64,000 nucleotides of DNA, from positions 1 to 64,000 of the forward strand of contig CAVPCQ010000006.1 of assembly GCA_963702425.1 (NCBI GenBank), in the 5' to 3' direction. Below the pieces are notes generated by a model, which saw nothing but the letters and a program-made list of their open reading frames with translations, made no database searches and was not told the origin of the DNA. The position numbers and the translations under genes were made by a program. Source of the stretch: an uncultured Acidobacteriota bacterium (GTDB lineage: Bacteria; Acidobacteriota; Polarisedimenticolia; J045). Each line of letters begins with the position of its first letter. Position 1 is the first letter of the stretch. Shown in pieces: positions 31,297 to 42,411 of this stretch.

Positions 31297-32625
31297 TTGT
31301 TCGACGCCCTCACCGAACGCCTTCGAGGCGTTCTGGACAAGATCCGCGGAGGCGGAAGGGTCACCGAGGCCGATCTCGATGCGGCGCTTCGGGAGATCCG
31401 GGTTGCCCTCCTCGAGGCGGACGTGTCCTTCAGGGTGGTGAAGGACTTCCTGGCCCGGGTCCGCGAGAAGGCGCTCGGGGCGGACGTCATGCAGAGCCTG
31501 ACACCCGGTCAGCAGGTGATCCGGGTGGTCCGCGACGAGCTTCTCGGGCTGCTCGGGGGCGGGGCGGCGACGCGTCCGCTCGCGATCTCCTCCCGGCCTC
31601 CCTCGGTCTACATGCTCTGCGGCCTGCAGGGCTCGGGCAAGACGACCACGATCGGCAAGCTGGGGCGCTGGCTGAAGAAGCAGGGGCGGCACCCGCTGGT
31701 CGCGCCGGTCGATCTGCAGCGCCCGGCCGCGGTCCTCCAGGCGATCCAGGTCGCGAAGAGCGCGGATCTCGCGGCCTACGAGCACGACGGGACCGGTTCT
31801 CCGGTCGAGCGCGCGCGCGAGGCCGTGCGCCACGCGCGGCAGAAGGGGTTCGACGTCGTGCTGCTCGATACCGCCGGGCGGCTCCACGTCGACGAGGACT
31901 TGATGGAGGAACTCGCCGCGCTGCGGACCGCCGTCGAGCCCGCCGAGATCCTCTACGTGGCCGACGCGATGACCGGGCAGGACGCCGTCCGCTCGGCCGA
32001 GGCGTTCAAGGCCCGGGTCCCGCTGACCGGCGTGATCCTGACCAAGCTCGACGGCGACGCCCGAGGCGGGGCTGCGCTCTCGGTCGCCGCGATCACCGGA
32101 GTCCCGGTCCGCTTCGCGGGGGTCGGCGAGAAGGCCGACGCGCTCGAGGTCTTCGATCCCGAGCGGATGGCCGGCCGAATCCTCGGCATGGGCGACGTGC
32201 TCGGCCTGATCGAGAAAGCCGAGGAAGCCTTCGACGTCGAGTCCGCGAGGAAGCTCGAACAGTCGCTGCGCAAGAACCAGTTCTCGCTCGAGCAGTTCCG
32301 CGACACGCTGCGCCAGGTGCGCCGGATGGGGCCGCTCGAGTCGGTGATGGGGATGATCCCCGGCGTCCGGCTTCCGGCCGACGCGAAGGTCGACTCCCGC
32401 CGCGTCGTGCGGATGGAGGCGATCGTCGACTCGATGACGCCGGGCGAGCGGCGCGACCACCGGGTGCTCAACGGTTCGCGGCGCAAGCGGATCGCGCGCG
32501 GATCGGGGTCCTCGGTGCAGGAAGTGAATCAGTTGCTGAAGCAATACCTGGAGATGCGCAAGCTCTTCCAGCAGATGGGACCGTCCCCCAGCAAGGGGCA
32601 GCTTCGCCGCCTGCTCGGCCGCTAG
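31297..32625 (+). CDS. ffh: Signal recognition particle protein Ffh (TTG start)
   Basis: MFDALTERL, GLQGSGKTTT, DTAGRL, TKLDGDARGG, RILGMGDV, SRRKRIARGSG. Confidence 0.97.
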   Translation: MFDALTERLRGVLDKIRGGGRVTEADLDAALREIRVALLEADVSFRVVKDFLARVREKALGADVMQSLTPGQQVIRVVRDELLGLLGGGAATRPLAISSRPPSVYMLCGLQGSGKTTTIGKLGRWLKKQGRHPLVAPVDLQRPAAVLQAIQVAKSADLAAYEHDGTGSPVERAREAVRHARQKGFDVVLLDTAGRLHVDEDLMEELAALRTAVEPAEILYVADAMTGQDAVRSAEAFKARVPLTGVILTKLDGDARGGAALSVAAITGVPVRFAGVGEKADALEVFDPERMAGRILGMGDVLGLIEKAEEAFDVESARKLEQSLRKNQFSLEQFRDTLRQVRRMGPLESVMGMIPGVRLPADAKVDSRRVVRMEAIVDSMTPGERRDHRVLNGSRRKRIARGSGSSVQEVNQLLKQYLEMRKLFQQMGPSPSKGQLRRLLGR

Positions 32626-32653
32626 GCGCCGCGCACCGGCATACGGAGACGTC

Positions 32654-32905
32654 ATGCTCAAGATCAGGCTTCGCCGCGAAGGCTCGAAGAATCACCCCTA
32701 CTTCCGGATCGTCGTCTCCGACTCGCGGAACACGCCGACCGGGCCGATCGTCGCGACGATCGGGCACTATGCACCCAAGCGCCAGCCGGCCGGCGTCGAG
32801 CTCGACCTCGAGGCGTACGACGGCTGGATCAAGAACGGCGCCCATCCCTCCAACACCGTGCGCGTGCTGGCCGACGCCCGGCGCCGCGGTTCGACGATCG
32901 GCTGA
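32654..32905 (+). CDS. rpsP: 30S ribosomal protein S16
   Basis: MLKIRLRREG.K..PYFRIVV.DSR, GA.PS.TV. Confidence 0.96.
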   Translation: MLKIRLRREGSKNHPYFRIVVSDSRNTPTGPIVATIGHYAPKRQPAGVELDLEAYDGWIKNGAHPSNTVRVLADARRRGSTIG

Positions 32906-32930
32906 GGCGGCCGTGAACCAGGACCTCAGG

Positions 32931-33170
32931 ATGAAAGCCTTCCTCGAGCAGCTCGTGAAGGCGCTCGCCGCGCACCCCGAGCAGGGCGAGGTGCGCCTGC
33001 TCGACGGCCGCCGGGCGACGCGGTTCGAGATCCACCTGCCGGCGGGCGAGCGCGGCCCGCTGATCGGCAAGGAAGGCTCGACCATCAAGGCGATCCGCAC
33101 GCTCGCGGCGATCTCGGCCCACCGGCACCGCCGGCGCTTCGAGGTGGAGATCGCGGGACCCGGAGAGTGA
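32931..33170 (+). CDS. khpA: KH-domain RNA-binding protein KhpA
   Basis: LVKALA.HPE, G.LIGKEG.TIKAIR; canonical position between rpsP and rimM. Confidence 0.88.
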   Translation: MKAFLEQLVKALAAHPEQGEVRLLDGRRATRFEIHLPAGERGPLIGKEGSTIKAIRTLAAISAHRHRRRFEVEIAGPGE

Positions 33171-33177
33171 GCGCTGC

Positions 33178-33769
33178 ATGAGCCCGTCCAGGCTGGTGAT
33201 CCTCGCGCGCGTTCGGCGGCCCTGGGGGCTGCGCGGGGAACTCCTGCTCGAGCTCCACACCGACTGGCCCGAGGATCGGTTCGTCCCGGGGGCCGAGATC
33301 GAGCTGGCCTGGGACGACGGACGGACCGCGCGGGCGACCGTGCGCGAGTTCCGGCAATCCGGGGTCGGTCCGCTGCTCTCCCTGCGGGGGGCGGACGGGA
33401 TCGGCGAAGCGCGCGTCTACGCCGCGGCCTCGATCGTCGCCGACGCGGAGAGCCTGCCGCGGCTGGCCGGCGCAGGGGACTGGCAGCACGCCGACCTCGT
33501 CGGGCTGACCGTCACCCTGCGCGACGGGCGGCGCGTCGGCGTCGTGGAACGGATCGAGGAGGGCGCGGCCTCGGACTTCGCGGTGGTGCGGCTCGACGCG
33601 AGGGGGCGAAGCGCTGCTGCCGCTCGTCCCGGCCATCGCGGTCGCGATCGACCCGGAGCGGGGCCGGCTGGTCGTCGATCCGCCGGCCGGCCTGCTCGAT
33701 CCGGAGTCGGTCGAGGCCGCCGACACCGGCCGCGCGGCACCGTCGCCGCGGGTGCGGAGGCCGGCGTGA
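33178..33769 (+). CDS. rimM: Ribosome maturation factor RimM (apparent frameshift near 33600)
   Basis: [15 protein letters not shown]...G.V; second frame LLPLVPA...[18 protein letters not shown]. Confidence 0.88.
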
Positions 33770-34509
33770 CCCGCTCCGCCCCGTTCGAGTTCGTCGTCGT
33801 GACGATCTTTCCCGGGATGTTCCCGGGTCCGCTCGAGTCCGGCGTCGTCGGCCGCGCGTTCGCGCGCGGCGACCTCGCGCTGCGGACGATCGACCTGCGC
33901 TCGTTCGCGAACGGCAGCTACCGGCAGGTCGACGACGCGCCGTTCGGCGGCGGGGCCGGGATGGTCCTGATGGCCGAGCCGATCTACGGCGCGGTCGAGT
34001 CGATCCGGGCCGAGCGCCCGGAGTTGCGCACGCGGGTCGTGCTGCTCGACCCGGCGGGGCGCCGCCTCACGCAGCCGGTGGCGCGCGAGCTGGCCGCCTG
34101 GGACAGGCTGGTGCTGCTCTGCGGCCGCTACGAAGGGGTCGACGAGCGCGTCCGCGCGCTGGTGGACGAGGAGATCTCGATCGGCGACTATGTCGTCTCG
34201 GGGGGCGAACTCCCGGCGATGGTCGTCATCGATGCCGTGGCGCGCCTGGTGCCGGGCGTCGTGGGAGAACCGCAGTCGGTGGTGAGGGAGTCGTTCGAGG
34301 AGCGGCTCCTGGACCACCCGCAGTACACCCGGCCCGCCGAGTTCCGCGGGATGAAGGTGCCCGAGGTCCTGCTCTCGGGTCACCATGCCGAGATCGAGTC
34401 CTGGCGGCAGCGGATGGCGTTCGAGCGCACCCGCGAACGGCGGCCGGACCTGCTCCACGAAACGACGTGTCAGAGGCCCCTTGCGGGCGAGAGCGAGGCA
34501 GAGAGATGA
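33766..34509 (+). CDS. trmD: tRNA (guanine-37 N1)-methyltransferase
   Basis: [47 protein letters not shown]. Confidence 0.97.
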   Translation: MTRSAPFEFVVVTIFPGMFPGPLESGVVGRAFARGDLALRTIDLRSFANGSYRQVDDAPFGGGAGMVLMAEPIYGAVESIRAERPELRTRVVLLDPAGRRLTQPVARELAAWDRLVLLCGRYEGVDERVRALVDEEISIGDYVVSGGELPAMVVIDAVARLVPGVVGEPQSVVRESFEERLLDHPQYTRPAEFRGMKVPEVLLSGHHAEIESWRQRMAFERTRERRPDLLHETTCQRPLAGESEAER

Positions 34510-34865
34510 GCGACCAGTTGATTCGCAGCGTCGAGGCACCGTATCTCAAGGACGAGGTGCCGGATTTCAGCTCCGGCGACACGGTGCGCGTTCACGTCCG
34601 GGTCCGGGAAGGCGAGAAGGAGCGGATCCAGGTCTACCAGGGCGTCGTCGTCGGCCGCAAGAGCGGCAAGCACACGACCCGCGCCTCGTTCCGCGTGCGC
34701 AAGATCAGCAGCGGCGTCGGCGTCGAGCGGGTGTTTCCGCTGCACTCGCCGCTGGTGGCGAAGATCGAGGTCGTGCAGCGCGGCCTGGTCCGCCGCTCGA
34801 AGCTGTACTACTTGAGAGGGCTCTCGGGCAAGGCTGCGAGAATCCGGGAGCGCCGCCAGGCCTGA
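34506..34865 (+). CDS. rplS: 50S ribosomal protein L19
   Basis: [38 protein letters not shown]. Confidence 0.97.
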   Translation: MSDQLIRSVEAPYLKDEVPDFSSGDTVRVHVRVREGEKERIQVYQGVVVGRKSGKHTTRASFRVRKISSGVGVERVFPLHSPLVAKIEVVQRGLVRRSKLYYLRGLSGKAARIRERRQA

Positions 34866-34868
34866 CCG

Positions 34869-36707
34869 GTGGCCGACGACCGCCGCCAGCTCCTCGAGGA
34901 AGCCGAGCGACAGGCTCGGAAGGGGGACCTGTCCGCCGCGGCGACGTGCTACCGCAAGCTGCTCGAGAAGACGCCCCACGACGCCGGCCTGCTGCAGCGG
35001 CTCGGGGACGCGCTCGCCCGCAGCGGACAGGAGAGCGAAGCCCGCACGACACTCCGCCGCCTGGCCGACCTGCACTGGAAGACGGGGCTGCGGTCGCGCG
35101 CGATCGCCTCGCTGCGCCGCGCCGTGCGGCTCGGGCAACCCGACCCCGAGGCGCTGGAGCTGCTGGGCGATCGCTGTCTCGAGGCCGGACTGGCAGCGGA
35201 CGCCCGCGAGCCGCTGCTCGAGGCGGCCGCGCTCCGCGAGCAGGCCGGCGAGGTCGCCGAAGCGTCGGCGATCCTGGAGAAGCTGATCCAGGCGCTGCCG
35301 CGCGATCTCACGGTGCGCGAGCAGCTGCTGCGGGTCACCGCCGGCCACGGCGCCCCCCGGCTGCACGTGCGCGCACTCTGCCTCGCGGCGGAAGGGCGCG
35401 CGCTCGCCGGGCAAGCGAACGAAGCGCTCGAAGCCCTGGCGCAGGCGCTCGACCACGGCGGAGAGGATCTTCCGGCGCTGGAGTTCCTGCCTGCGATGAT
35501 CCCGGCGCTCGCCACGCTGCCCGCGTCGGCGTTCCCCTCGCGGCTGGGCGGGGTCGGCGGCTCCGCCGCGGCGGCCTGGGTCGTGCTGCGCGCTGCCGCG
35601 CTGACGCAGCTCGGCGACGCCGGCGCGATCACGGAACTCCGCGACGCGACCGACGGCGGAGACCCGATCCCGGCGCGCGCCCGGCTCTGGGCGGGTCGCG
35701 TCTTCCTGTCGCATCTGATGCTCTCCCACGCCGAGACCTCCATCGACGGAGCGGCGGCCGAGCTCCAGGACCGGACGGAGCTCCGTCAGGAAGTGCTCGA
35801 CGCGCTCGGCGCGCTCCTGTCGCGCAGTCCCGGGAACGAGCTGGCGGAGGCCTGGAAAGCGCGCTATGCCCCGACGGAACGCGTTCCGGCGGAGCGCAAG
35901 AGAACGGGGCGCACCGTCCGCCACGCGGAGCCCGCACCCGTCGCGCCACGCTCCGAGGAGCCGCTGCCCCCGGAGATCATGGCGAAGCTGGTCGAAGCGC
36001 GTTCGTTTCTCGATCACCGCCTCCCGGAGCAGGCGCTCGAGACGCTGACCTCGATCCCGGCGGCGTGGCGCGAGCGCGAGGACGTGGCCACGCTGATCCG
36101 CACCGCCACCGCGGTGGCGACGCGCCGCTCAGAGTCCGGCGTCGCCGGCAGGACGCGACCCGAGCCGACGCCGCCGCTGCACGCGGATCAGGAGGCAGAC
36201 GAGGACGGCTTGCTGCTGGTGCTCGACCTGGACGGCAACGCTGCCGGCGCCGCACCTCTTGCCGCCCAGGCGTCCGCCGCACCCGATCCCGGCAGCCCCG
36301 ACCTGGGCGAACTCGATCGCGCGCTTCGCCAGTTCATGTCGGAGGAGGACGCCGAGACCGAGTACCAGATGGCAATCGGTCTGCTCGAGATGGGACTGAA
36401 CGACCAGGCGATCCCGCTGCTGGAGAACCTCCTGACGAGCCGCGACCGCGCGGCGGACGCCGCACTCTCTCTGGTCCGGCTTCACGAGAATCTCGGCGAC
36501 CTCGAGGCTGCGGAGCGGGCCGCGCGGGCCGGGCTCGAGGTGACGGGCGACGACCGCCCCTCGCAGCGCGGCCAGCTGCTCTCGGTCTACGCCGAGCTCT
36601 GCGAGGGACGCGGGGCCGGCGAGGAGGCCGCCGCAGCCCGCGACGAGCTGGCGGCGATCCTCGAGGCCCACCCCGACCTGCGAGGGCCCGGGGCGGCCGG
36701 CCCGTGA
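34869..36707 (+). CDS. TPR protein with acidic linker and FimV-like C-terminal motif
   Basis: N-terminal TPRs; acidic low-complexity linker; ETEYQMAIGLLEMGL.DQAI motif. Confidence 0.65.
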   Translation: MADDRRQLLEEAERQARKGDLSAAATCYRKLLEKTPHDAGLLQRLGDALARSGQESEARTTLRRLADLHWKTGLRSRAIASLRRAVRLGQPDPEALELLGDRCLEAGLAADAREPLLEAAALREQAGEVAEASAILEKLIQALPRDLTVREQLLRVTAGHGAPRLHVRALCLAAEGRALAGQANEALEALAQALDHGGEDLPALEFLPAMIPALATLPASAFPSRLGGVGGSAAAAWVVLRAAALTQLGDAGAITELRDATDGGDPIPARARLWAGRVFLSHLMLSHAETSIDGAAAELQDRTELRQEVLDALGALLSRSPGNELAEAWKARYAPTERVPAERKRTGRTVRHAEPAPVAPRSEEPLPPEIMAKLVEARSFLDHRLPEQALETLTSIPAAWREREDVATLIRTATAVATRRSESGVAGRTRPEPTPPLHADQEADEDGLLLVLDLDGNAAGAAPLAAQASAAPDPGSPDLGELDRALRQFMSEEDAETEYQMAIGLLEMGLNDQAIPLLENLLTSRDRAADAALSLVRLHENLGDLEAAERAARAGLEVTGDDRPSQRGQLLSVYAELCEGRGAGEEAAAARDELAAILEAHPDLRGPGAAGP

Positions 36708-36738
36708 CTCGCGCCGCGGTCCGTGCGGGCGACTCTCG

Positions 36739-37560
36739 ATGACCGAAGCGCCGTTTCTCGCCGCGCTGGCGGGCGGTCCCGAGGAGGGGGCCCGCGCGAT
36801 GGCGCGCGACGAGAGCCTGGTCCGTCACCTCACGCGCACCGGAACGCCGGCGATGGTCCTGCGCGGGCACGGATGGCTGCGCCCGACCATCAGCCTGGGA
36901 CGAGGGCAGGCGCTCCCCCCGGGGCTGCTGGCCGAGGCCGCGGCGCTGGCGGTCGACGTCGTACGCCGGCCGACCGGAGGCGGGTGGCTGCTCCACCTGC
37001 CGGGAGACCTGGCCCTGACGACGGCGCTGTCCGGCCCCCTCCGGACCGGGGACTTCCGTCGCGCGGCGCGCTCGACGTCGCAGGCGATCGCGCTCGGGCT
37101 CGCGGCCTGCGGTCGCCCGGCACTCGTCTTCACCGGGTTGTCCCGCCCCGCCTCGCGGGCCGAGGTCTGCTTTCAGCGGGCCGATCGCGACGAGGTCGTG
37201 ATGGGCGCGACGAAGGTCGCCGGCGTCGCGCTGGCGCGCTTCGGTCAGGCGGCGCTGGTCCAGGCCGCGTTGCCGCTGGCGGCGGCCCCGCCGGAATTGG
37301 GCGGATTCGCCCGGCGCTGGGACGCGAACCGCGCCTCCGCCGCGGTCGAGTGCGTCGGCATCGACCGCGAGGCGCTCTGGCGCGGCACGCTTGACGCATT
37401 GGCGCGCATCGTCGACCTGCGGGTGGGCGCGTGGCACTGGCCGGGGCCCGTCCTTCGCGACGCGGAGGACCTGCGCGTCCGCGTCTATGCCGATCCCTCC
37501 TCGCGCGGACGCATGGAAGCGGTGACTCCGGAGGGCGACGTGGGCGGCGGCGCGCGATGA
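36739..37560 (+). CDS. Lipoate-protein ligase / octanoyltransferase (LplA/LipM family)
   Basis: MARDE, PTISLG, VVRRPTGGG, CF...E....KVAG. Confidence 0.85.
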   Translation: MTEAPFLAALAGGPEEGARAMARDESLVRHLTRTGTPAMVLRGHGWLRPTISLGRGQALPPGLLAEAAALAVDVVRRPTGGGWLLHLPGDLALTTALSGPLRTGDFRRAARSTSQAIALGLAACGRPALVFTGLSRPASRAEVCFQRADRDEVVMGATKVAGVALARFGQAALVQAALPLAAAPPELGGFARRWDANRASAAVECVGIDREALWRGTLDALARIVDLRVGAWHWPGPVLRDAEDLRVRVYADPSSRGRMEAVTPEGDVGGGAR

Positions 37561-38267
37561 ACCGGCGCACGGCCGCCGGCGCGCTGGTTGCGTTGCTGGC
37601 GCTTTCCTGTCGCAGCCTGCCCGAGAAGGCTCCCGACGGTCCCGGCGCGGCGCCACTGCAGGTCGTGCACCGCGCGGCCCGCAGCGCGTCGGGAGCGCTC
37701 ACACCCGCGGCCGCAGCCGCGCTGGCGGACGCCGCGGCGCTTGCCGCCTTCCCGGAGCGGCTGCCGCTGGACGCCTGGGCCGCCGTGGTGCGCGGCCGCG
37801 GCCCGATCGCGCTGATCGCGTCGCCGTCGAAGGGCGAGATCGCGCGCGCGATCCTCGACCGGCTTCGGGCCGCCGCCGCGCCTCGCGCGATCGTGGTCCA
37901 TGACTCGCCTGCCGAGATGGACCCGAAGACGCTGCGCCGCGCGGCCGTCGTGCTCGTGGTGGCGCCGGCCTGGAAGGATGGGGACGTGGTGCCCGATCCC
38001 CAGCAGGTCGCCGCCGAGGTCGCCCGGCTCGGCGGAGCGCGTCTGCGCCTCGTCGTCGCGGACCTGACCTCGGTGCGCGTGGGGGAGGAGACCTGGCCGG
38101 CCGACCTGGTGGTCGCCGGTACCGACCCGGCGCGGGTCGGGCTGGTGACGGAGTTCGTCCTCGCTGCGCGCGCCGCGCGTGCGCTCCCGGACGCCAGTGC
38201 GATCGCACGGCGACGGGGTCTGCCCGAGGCGGCGGCCGACTGGGAAGTCGCAGTGATCGCGGACTGA
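37557..38267 (+). CDS. Hypothetical lipoprotein
   Basis: MNRR plus hydrophobic stretch plus LALSC lipobox; ATGA overlap with upstream gene. Confidence 0.6.
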   Translation: MNRRTAAGALVALLALSCRSLPEKAPDGPGAAPLQVVHRAARSASGALTPAAAAALADAAALAAFPERLPLDAWAAVVRGRGPIALIASPSKGEIARAILDRLRAAAAPRAIVVHDSPAEMDPKTLRRAAVVLVVAPAWKDGDVVPDPQQVAAEVARLGGARLRLVVADLTSVRVGEETWPADLVVAGTDPARVGLVTEFVLAARAARALPDASAIARRRGLPEAAADWEVAVIAD

Positions 38268-38288
38268 GCGCCGCCCGCGGGGCGCGGC

Positions 38289-40938
38289 TCAGCGCAGGTC
38301 CAGTCCCTCCTCCAACGGTTGGACCCGCCTCGAGCGGTTGACCGGGATCGCCCGCGCGGTCCCCGTTCCGACGCTCCCTTCCTCCCGCTCGAGCTGTGCC
38401 GTCTCGCGGGCCAGGGGGAGTCGCGTGACGTAGCGCGCCCAGCCGTCCGCATCCCATCCGAGGGGGAGGGAGGCCACGGCCAGCAGCGGCGCCGCGGCGC
38501 CGGCCGATCCCGCGGCATCGCGACGGGTCGCCGTCCAAGTCAGCGACTGCCCTCCCGGCGCGACCGAGAAGCGGTCGGGCGACTGCGCGACCAGGCGCGC
38601 CGCCTCCTCGGGCGAGAGCGCGAGCGATCCGTCCGCACGCAGCGCGTAGCGCTGCAGCTGGAGCGGCAGGTCGACCCGCGCGAGGTCGCTGCTGCGGCAC
38701 TCGCGTGTCGGTTCCTTGCCGCTGGGCAGGAGTTCCGTCACGGTGGCGCTGCACCCCGGGGTCGTCCCCGGCAACAGGCCGGTCCGGCCGTTGAGCGCGA
38801 CCGACGCGAGGCCGGCCGGCACGGCGAATCGTTCGACGGGCGCGTCAGCGAGCGCTTCCTTCAGGAAGGCGGTCCAGATCGGTAGCGCCGCCGTCGCCCC
38901 CGTCTCGCCGCGCCCGAGCGTCTTGCGCTGGTCCAGTCCGACCCAGACGCCGACGACGAGGCGCGGCGTGAAGCCGACGAACCAGGCGTCGGAGTAGTCG
39001 TCGGTCGTCCCGGTCTTGCCGGCGACCGGGAAGCCCAGCGCAAGCGCGTCGCGCGCGGTGCCCCGCTCGACCACCCCGCGCAGCAGCGAGGTCATCATGC
39101 CGGCGACCTCCGGCGACAGGACCTCGGTCGTCTCGGGCTTCACCGGACCAGGCGGTGGTTCCGTCGGGGTTGACCACTCGCCGCACGAGCTGCGGCGTCA
39201 CCAGCAGGCCGCCGTTGTCGAACGCGCCGTAGGCCGCGACGAGGTCGAGCAGCGTCACCTCGAACGCGCCGAGCGCCAGCGAAGGGTAGGGCTTGAGGTC
39301 GGTCGCGATCCCGAGCCGGCGCGCGAGGTCGACCGCGGGGTCGTAGCCGAGAGCGTTGAGCAGCTTGACGGTCGGGATGTTGCGCGAGTGCTCGAGCGCC
39401 GACCGGAGCGTCACCAGCCCCTCGAACTTGCGGTCGTAGTTCTGGGGCGCGTAGACCCCCGGCGACCCCGGGTCGGAGAGCACGATCGGTTCGTCGAGCA
39501 CCAGCTGGTCGGGCGTGAAACCGTTCTCGAGGGCCGCCGCGAAGATGAACGGCTTGAACGCCGAGCCGGCCTGGCGCTTGGCCTGGACCGCGCGGTTGAA
39601 CTCCGAGCGACTGAAGTTCCGCCCGCCGACCAGCGCCAGGACCTCCCCCGTCGCCGGATCGAGCGCGACCAGCGCCGCTTCGACCTCCGATTCGCCGGCC
39701 AGCCGCGCTTTCGTGATCTGGCCGCCCGGGGTCGCCTCGAGGACCCGGATCTTCGTCAGCGTGAGCGCCGGGAGGGCGCGCTCGAGGCGCGTGATCCCGC
39801 TCCACGCCACCTCCGGCATCCCGAAAGTGAGGCGCTGGTCGCCGACGCGCAGCAGCGCCGACTCCGCGCTCGAAGAGAGCACGAGGGCGGGGAAGACGTC
39901 GCCCGCGCGCGGGGTACGCTGCCACGCCGGGTCGTCGAAGCTGGCGGGATCGGCCCCTTCCGGCAGCGGGACGCGCGGTGCGGGGTGCTTCCAGCGCTTG
40001 GCGTACGACTCGAGTCCGGCGGCGACCGCCCGTTCGGCGGCGGCCTGGAACGCGGGGTCGAGGGTCGTCTCGACCACCAGTCCGTCGCGGTAGAGCGCGT
40101 TGTCCCCGAACTGGCGCGCGATGCGGCGACGCACCTCCTCGACGAAGTAGGTCGATTCCGCCGGCCGCAGTCGGGGCTTGACGACGCCGAGCGGAGCCTT
40201 CTTCGCGGCCGACGCGAGGCGTGCGTCGAGATAGCCCTCGCGCACCATCCGGTCGAGAACGTGATTGCGGCGCCGCATCGCGCGCTCGGGGGACTTGAGC
40301 GGCGAGAGCGCCTCCGGGCGCTGGGGAAGGCCGGCCAGGAGCGCCGCCTCGGCCAGTGAAAGGTCCGCCGTGCCCTTGTCGAAGAAGAAGCGGGAGGCGG
40401 CCTCGAAACCGTAGTTCCCGTGGCCGAGGTAGATCCGGTTGGCGTACAGCTCGAGGATCTCGTCCTTGGAGTACTGCTTCTCCAGCAGCGCGGCCAGCAC
40501 CGCCTCGCGGAGCTTCCGGCTGACGGTCTTCTGCGGGTGGAGCCAGATCCCGCGCGCCAGCTGCTGCGAGATCGTGCTCCCGCCCTCGGCGCCCCAGTCG
40601 AACGAGAGCGCGCTGTTGACCAGCGCGCGCGCGATCGCCTGCGGGTCGATCCCGACGTGGTCGTAGAAGCGCGGGTCCTCGGTCGCGAGCAGTCCCTTGA
40701 TCAGCCACGGACTCATCCGCGAGAGCGGGACCGAGGTCCGGCGCTGCTCGGCGAAGCTGGAGTAGCGCTCGCCGTTGCGATCGAGCAGGATCGTCGACTG
40801 CGGCAGCTCCAGCGCCGAGAGCTGCTCGAGGCCCGGAATGTCGCGCGACAGCACGATCGCGAACGCGACCCCGCCGAGGACCGCGATCGCGTAGAGCGCG
40901 GCGAAGAGCAGCAGGGTGCGGCGCGGCGGCAGGCGCAT
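38289..40938 (-). CDS. Class A penicillin-binding protein, PBP1A family (apparent frameshift near 39143)
   Basis: TEDPRFYDH, GGSTISQQ, RKLRE transglycosylase motifs; SAFK, SRN, KTGT transpeptidase motifs. Confidence 0.93.
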
Positions 40939-41048
40939 CGCTTGATTCTAGCGCCGGCGGCCGAAGGTCGCCGGGGGGCTTTACAGGCCGCCCGCCGCGT
41001 GCGAGAACCGTCGCCTCGCGCACGGGCGGCGCGGAGGGGCAGGACTGC

Positions 41049-42371
41049 ATGGGGCGCAGGGCGGGGAAGGTCGACCGGCGCACGGTCTGGTCGTGGGCGC
41101 TCTACGACTGGGCCAACTCGGCCTTCGCGACGACCGTCGTCGCCGGCTTCTTCCCGGTCTTCTTCAAGGATTTCTGGAGCGCGGGGACCGAGCCGACCGT
41201 CAGCACCTTCTGGCTCGGCGTGACGCTCTCGCTGGCCGGGCTGACCGTCGCCGTCACGGCGCCCGTGCTCGGCAGCTTCGCCGACGGAGGGGGGGCACGA
41301 AAGCGCTCGCTCGCGCTGTTCGCGGCGCTGGCGATCGCGATGACGGCGATCCTCCCGGCGATCCCGCGCGGCGCCTGGCCGGCGGCGGCGACGGTCTACG
41401 GCCTCGGGTACGTGTTCTGGCTCTGCTCACTCGTCTTTTACGACTCGCTCCTCCCGTCGGTCAGCAGCTCCGAGAACGTCGATCGCGTCTCGAGCCTCGG
41501 CTTCGGCCTGGGGTACCTGGGAGGCGGTCTGCTGTTCGCCTTCAACGTGCTGATGACGCTCCGGCCGGAGCTCTTCGGGCTCGTCCCGGCCGGCGCCGAC
41601 GACGCGGCGCGCGCCGGCGGGACGCTGCGCGCGGTCCAGCTCTCGTTCCTCACCGTCGCCGCCTGGTGGGCGCTGTTCTCGATCCCGCTGTTCGTCGCGG
41701 TGCCGGAACCGGGTGACGCCGGGCGCGTTCCCATGCGCGAGGCGCTGCGGCGGGGCCTCGCGCAGTTGCGCGACACCTTCCACGAGGTGCGCCGCTACCG
41801 GGTCGTCTTCGGCTTCCTGGTCGCCTACTGGCTCTACATCGACGGCGTCGACACCGTGATCACGATGGCCGTCGACTACGGCAAGTCGCTCGGGTTTCCC
41901 ACGGCGACGCTGATCAGCGCGCTGCTGCTGGTCCAGTTCGTGGCCTTTCCGTGCGCGCTGGCGTTCGGCTGGGCCGGCCAGCGCTTCGGGCCGAAGCGGC
42001 CGATCCTGGCCGGGATCGGCGTGTACATCATCGTCACCGCGCTGGCCACCCAGCTGACGGTCGAGCCGTGGCTGGTGGGTGGCGTCTCGATCAGCCCCTT
42101 CTACGCGCTCGCGATCCTGGTCGGGACGGCTCAGGGCGGCGTTCAGGCGCTGTCGCGCTCGCTGTACACCCGGCTCATCCCGGCCGAGCGCACGGCGGAG
42201 TTTTTCGGCTTCTACAACATGGTGGGGCGCTTTGCGGCGATCATCGGTCCGTTTCTGGTCGGCGTCGTCGGCCGCTTCACCGGCAGCCCGCGAGCGGGCA
42301 TCGGCTCGATCGCGCTGCTGCTGGTCGTCGGCGGCGCGCTGCTGGCCCGCCTCGACCTCAACAAACCGTAG
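41049..42371 (+). CDS. MFS transporter, UMF1/ATG22-like family
   Basis: WALYDWANSAF, FYDSLLP, G.GYLGG, YIDGV.T, QALSRS, EFFGFY. Confidence 0.9.
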   Translation: MGRRAGKVDRRTVWSWALYDWANSAFATTVVAGFFPVFFKDFWSAGTEPTVSTFWLGVTLSLAGLTVAVTAPVLGSFADGGGARKRSLALFAALAIAMTAILPAIPRGAWPAAATVYGLGYVFWLCSLVFYDSLLPSVSSSENVDRVSSLGFGLGYLGGGLLFAFNVLMTLRPELFGLVPAGADDAARAGGTLRAVQLSFLTVAAWWALFSIPLFVAVPEPGDAGRVPMREALRRGLAQLRDTFHEVRRYRVVFGFLVAYWLYIDGVDTVITMAVDYGKSLGFPTATLISALLLVQFVAFPCALAFGWAGQRFGPKRPILAGIGVYIIVTALATQLTVEPWLVGGVSISPFYALAILVGTAQGGVQALSRSLYTRLIPAERTAEFFGFYNMVGRFAAIIGPFLVGVVGRFTGSPRAGIGSIALLLVVGGALLARLDLNKP

Positions 42372-42411
42372 GGGCCGCCCTCTGTGGCGGCCCGCGCCTC
42401 CGCCCCCCTAC
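42368..42411. repeat. GTAG-type REP element between convergent MFS and nadK genes
   Basis: GTAG-GGGCCGCC-CTCTGT-GGCGGCCC...CCCCTAC; same loop as the element at 19058. Confidence 0.75.

Noticed and set aside
33178-34509. RimM-TrmD fusion
   Set aside because: RimM C-terminal motifs are in another frame ending TGA 33769, overlapping the trmD GTG
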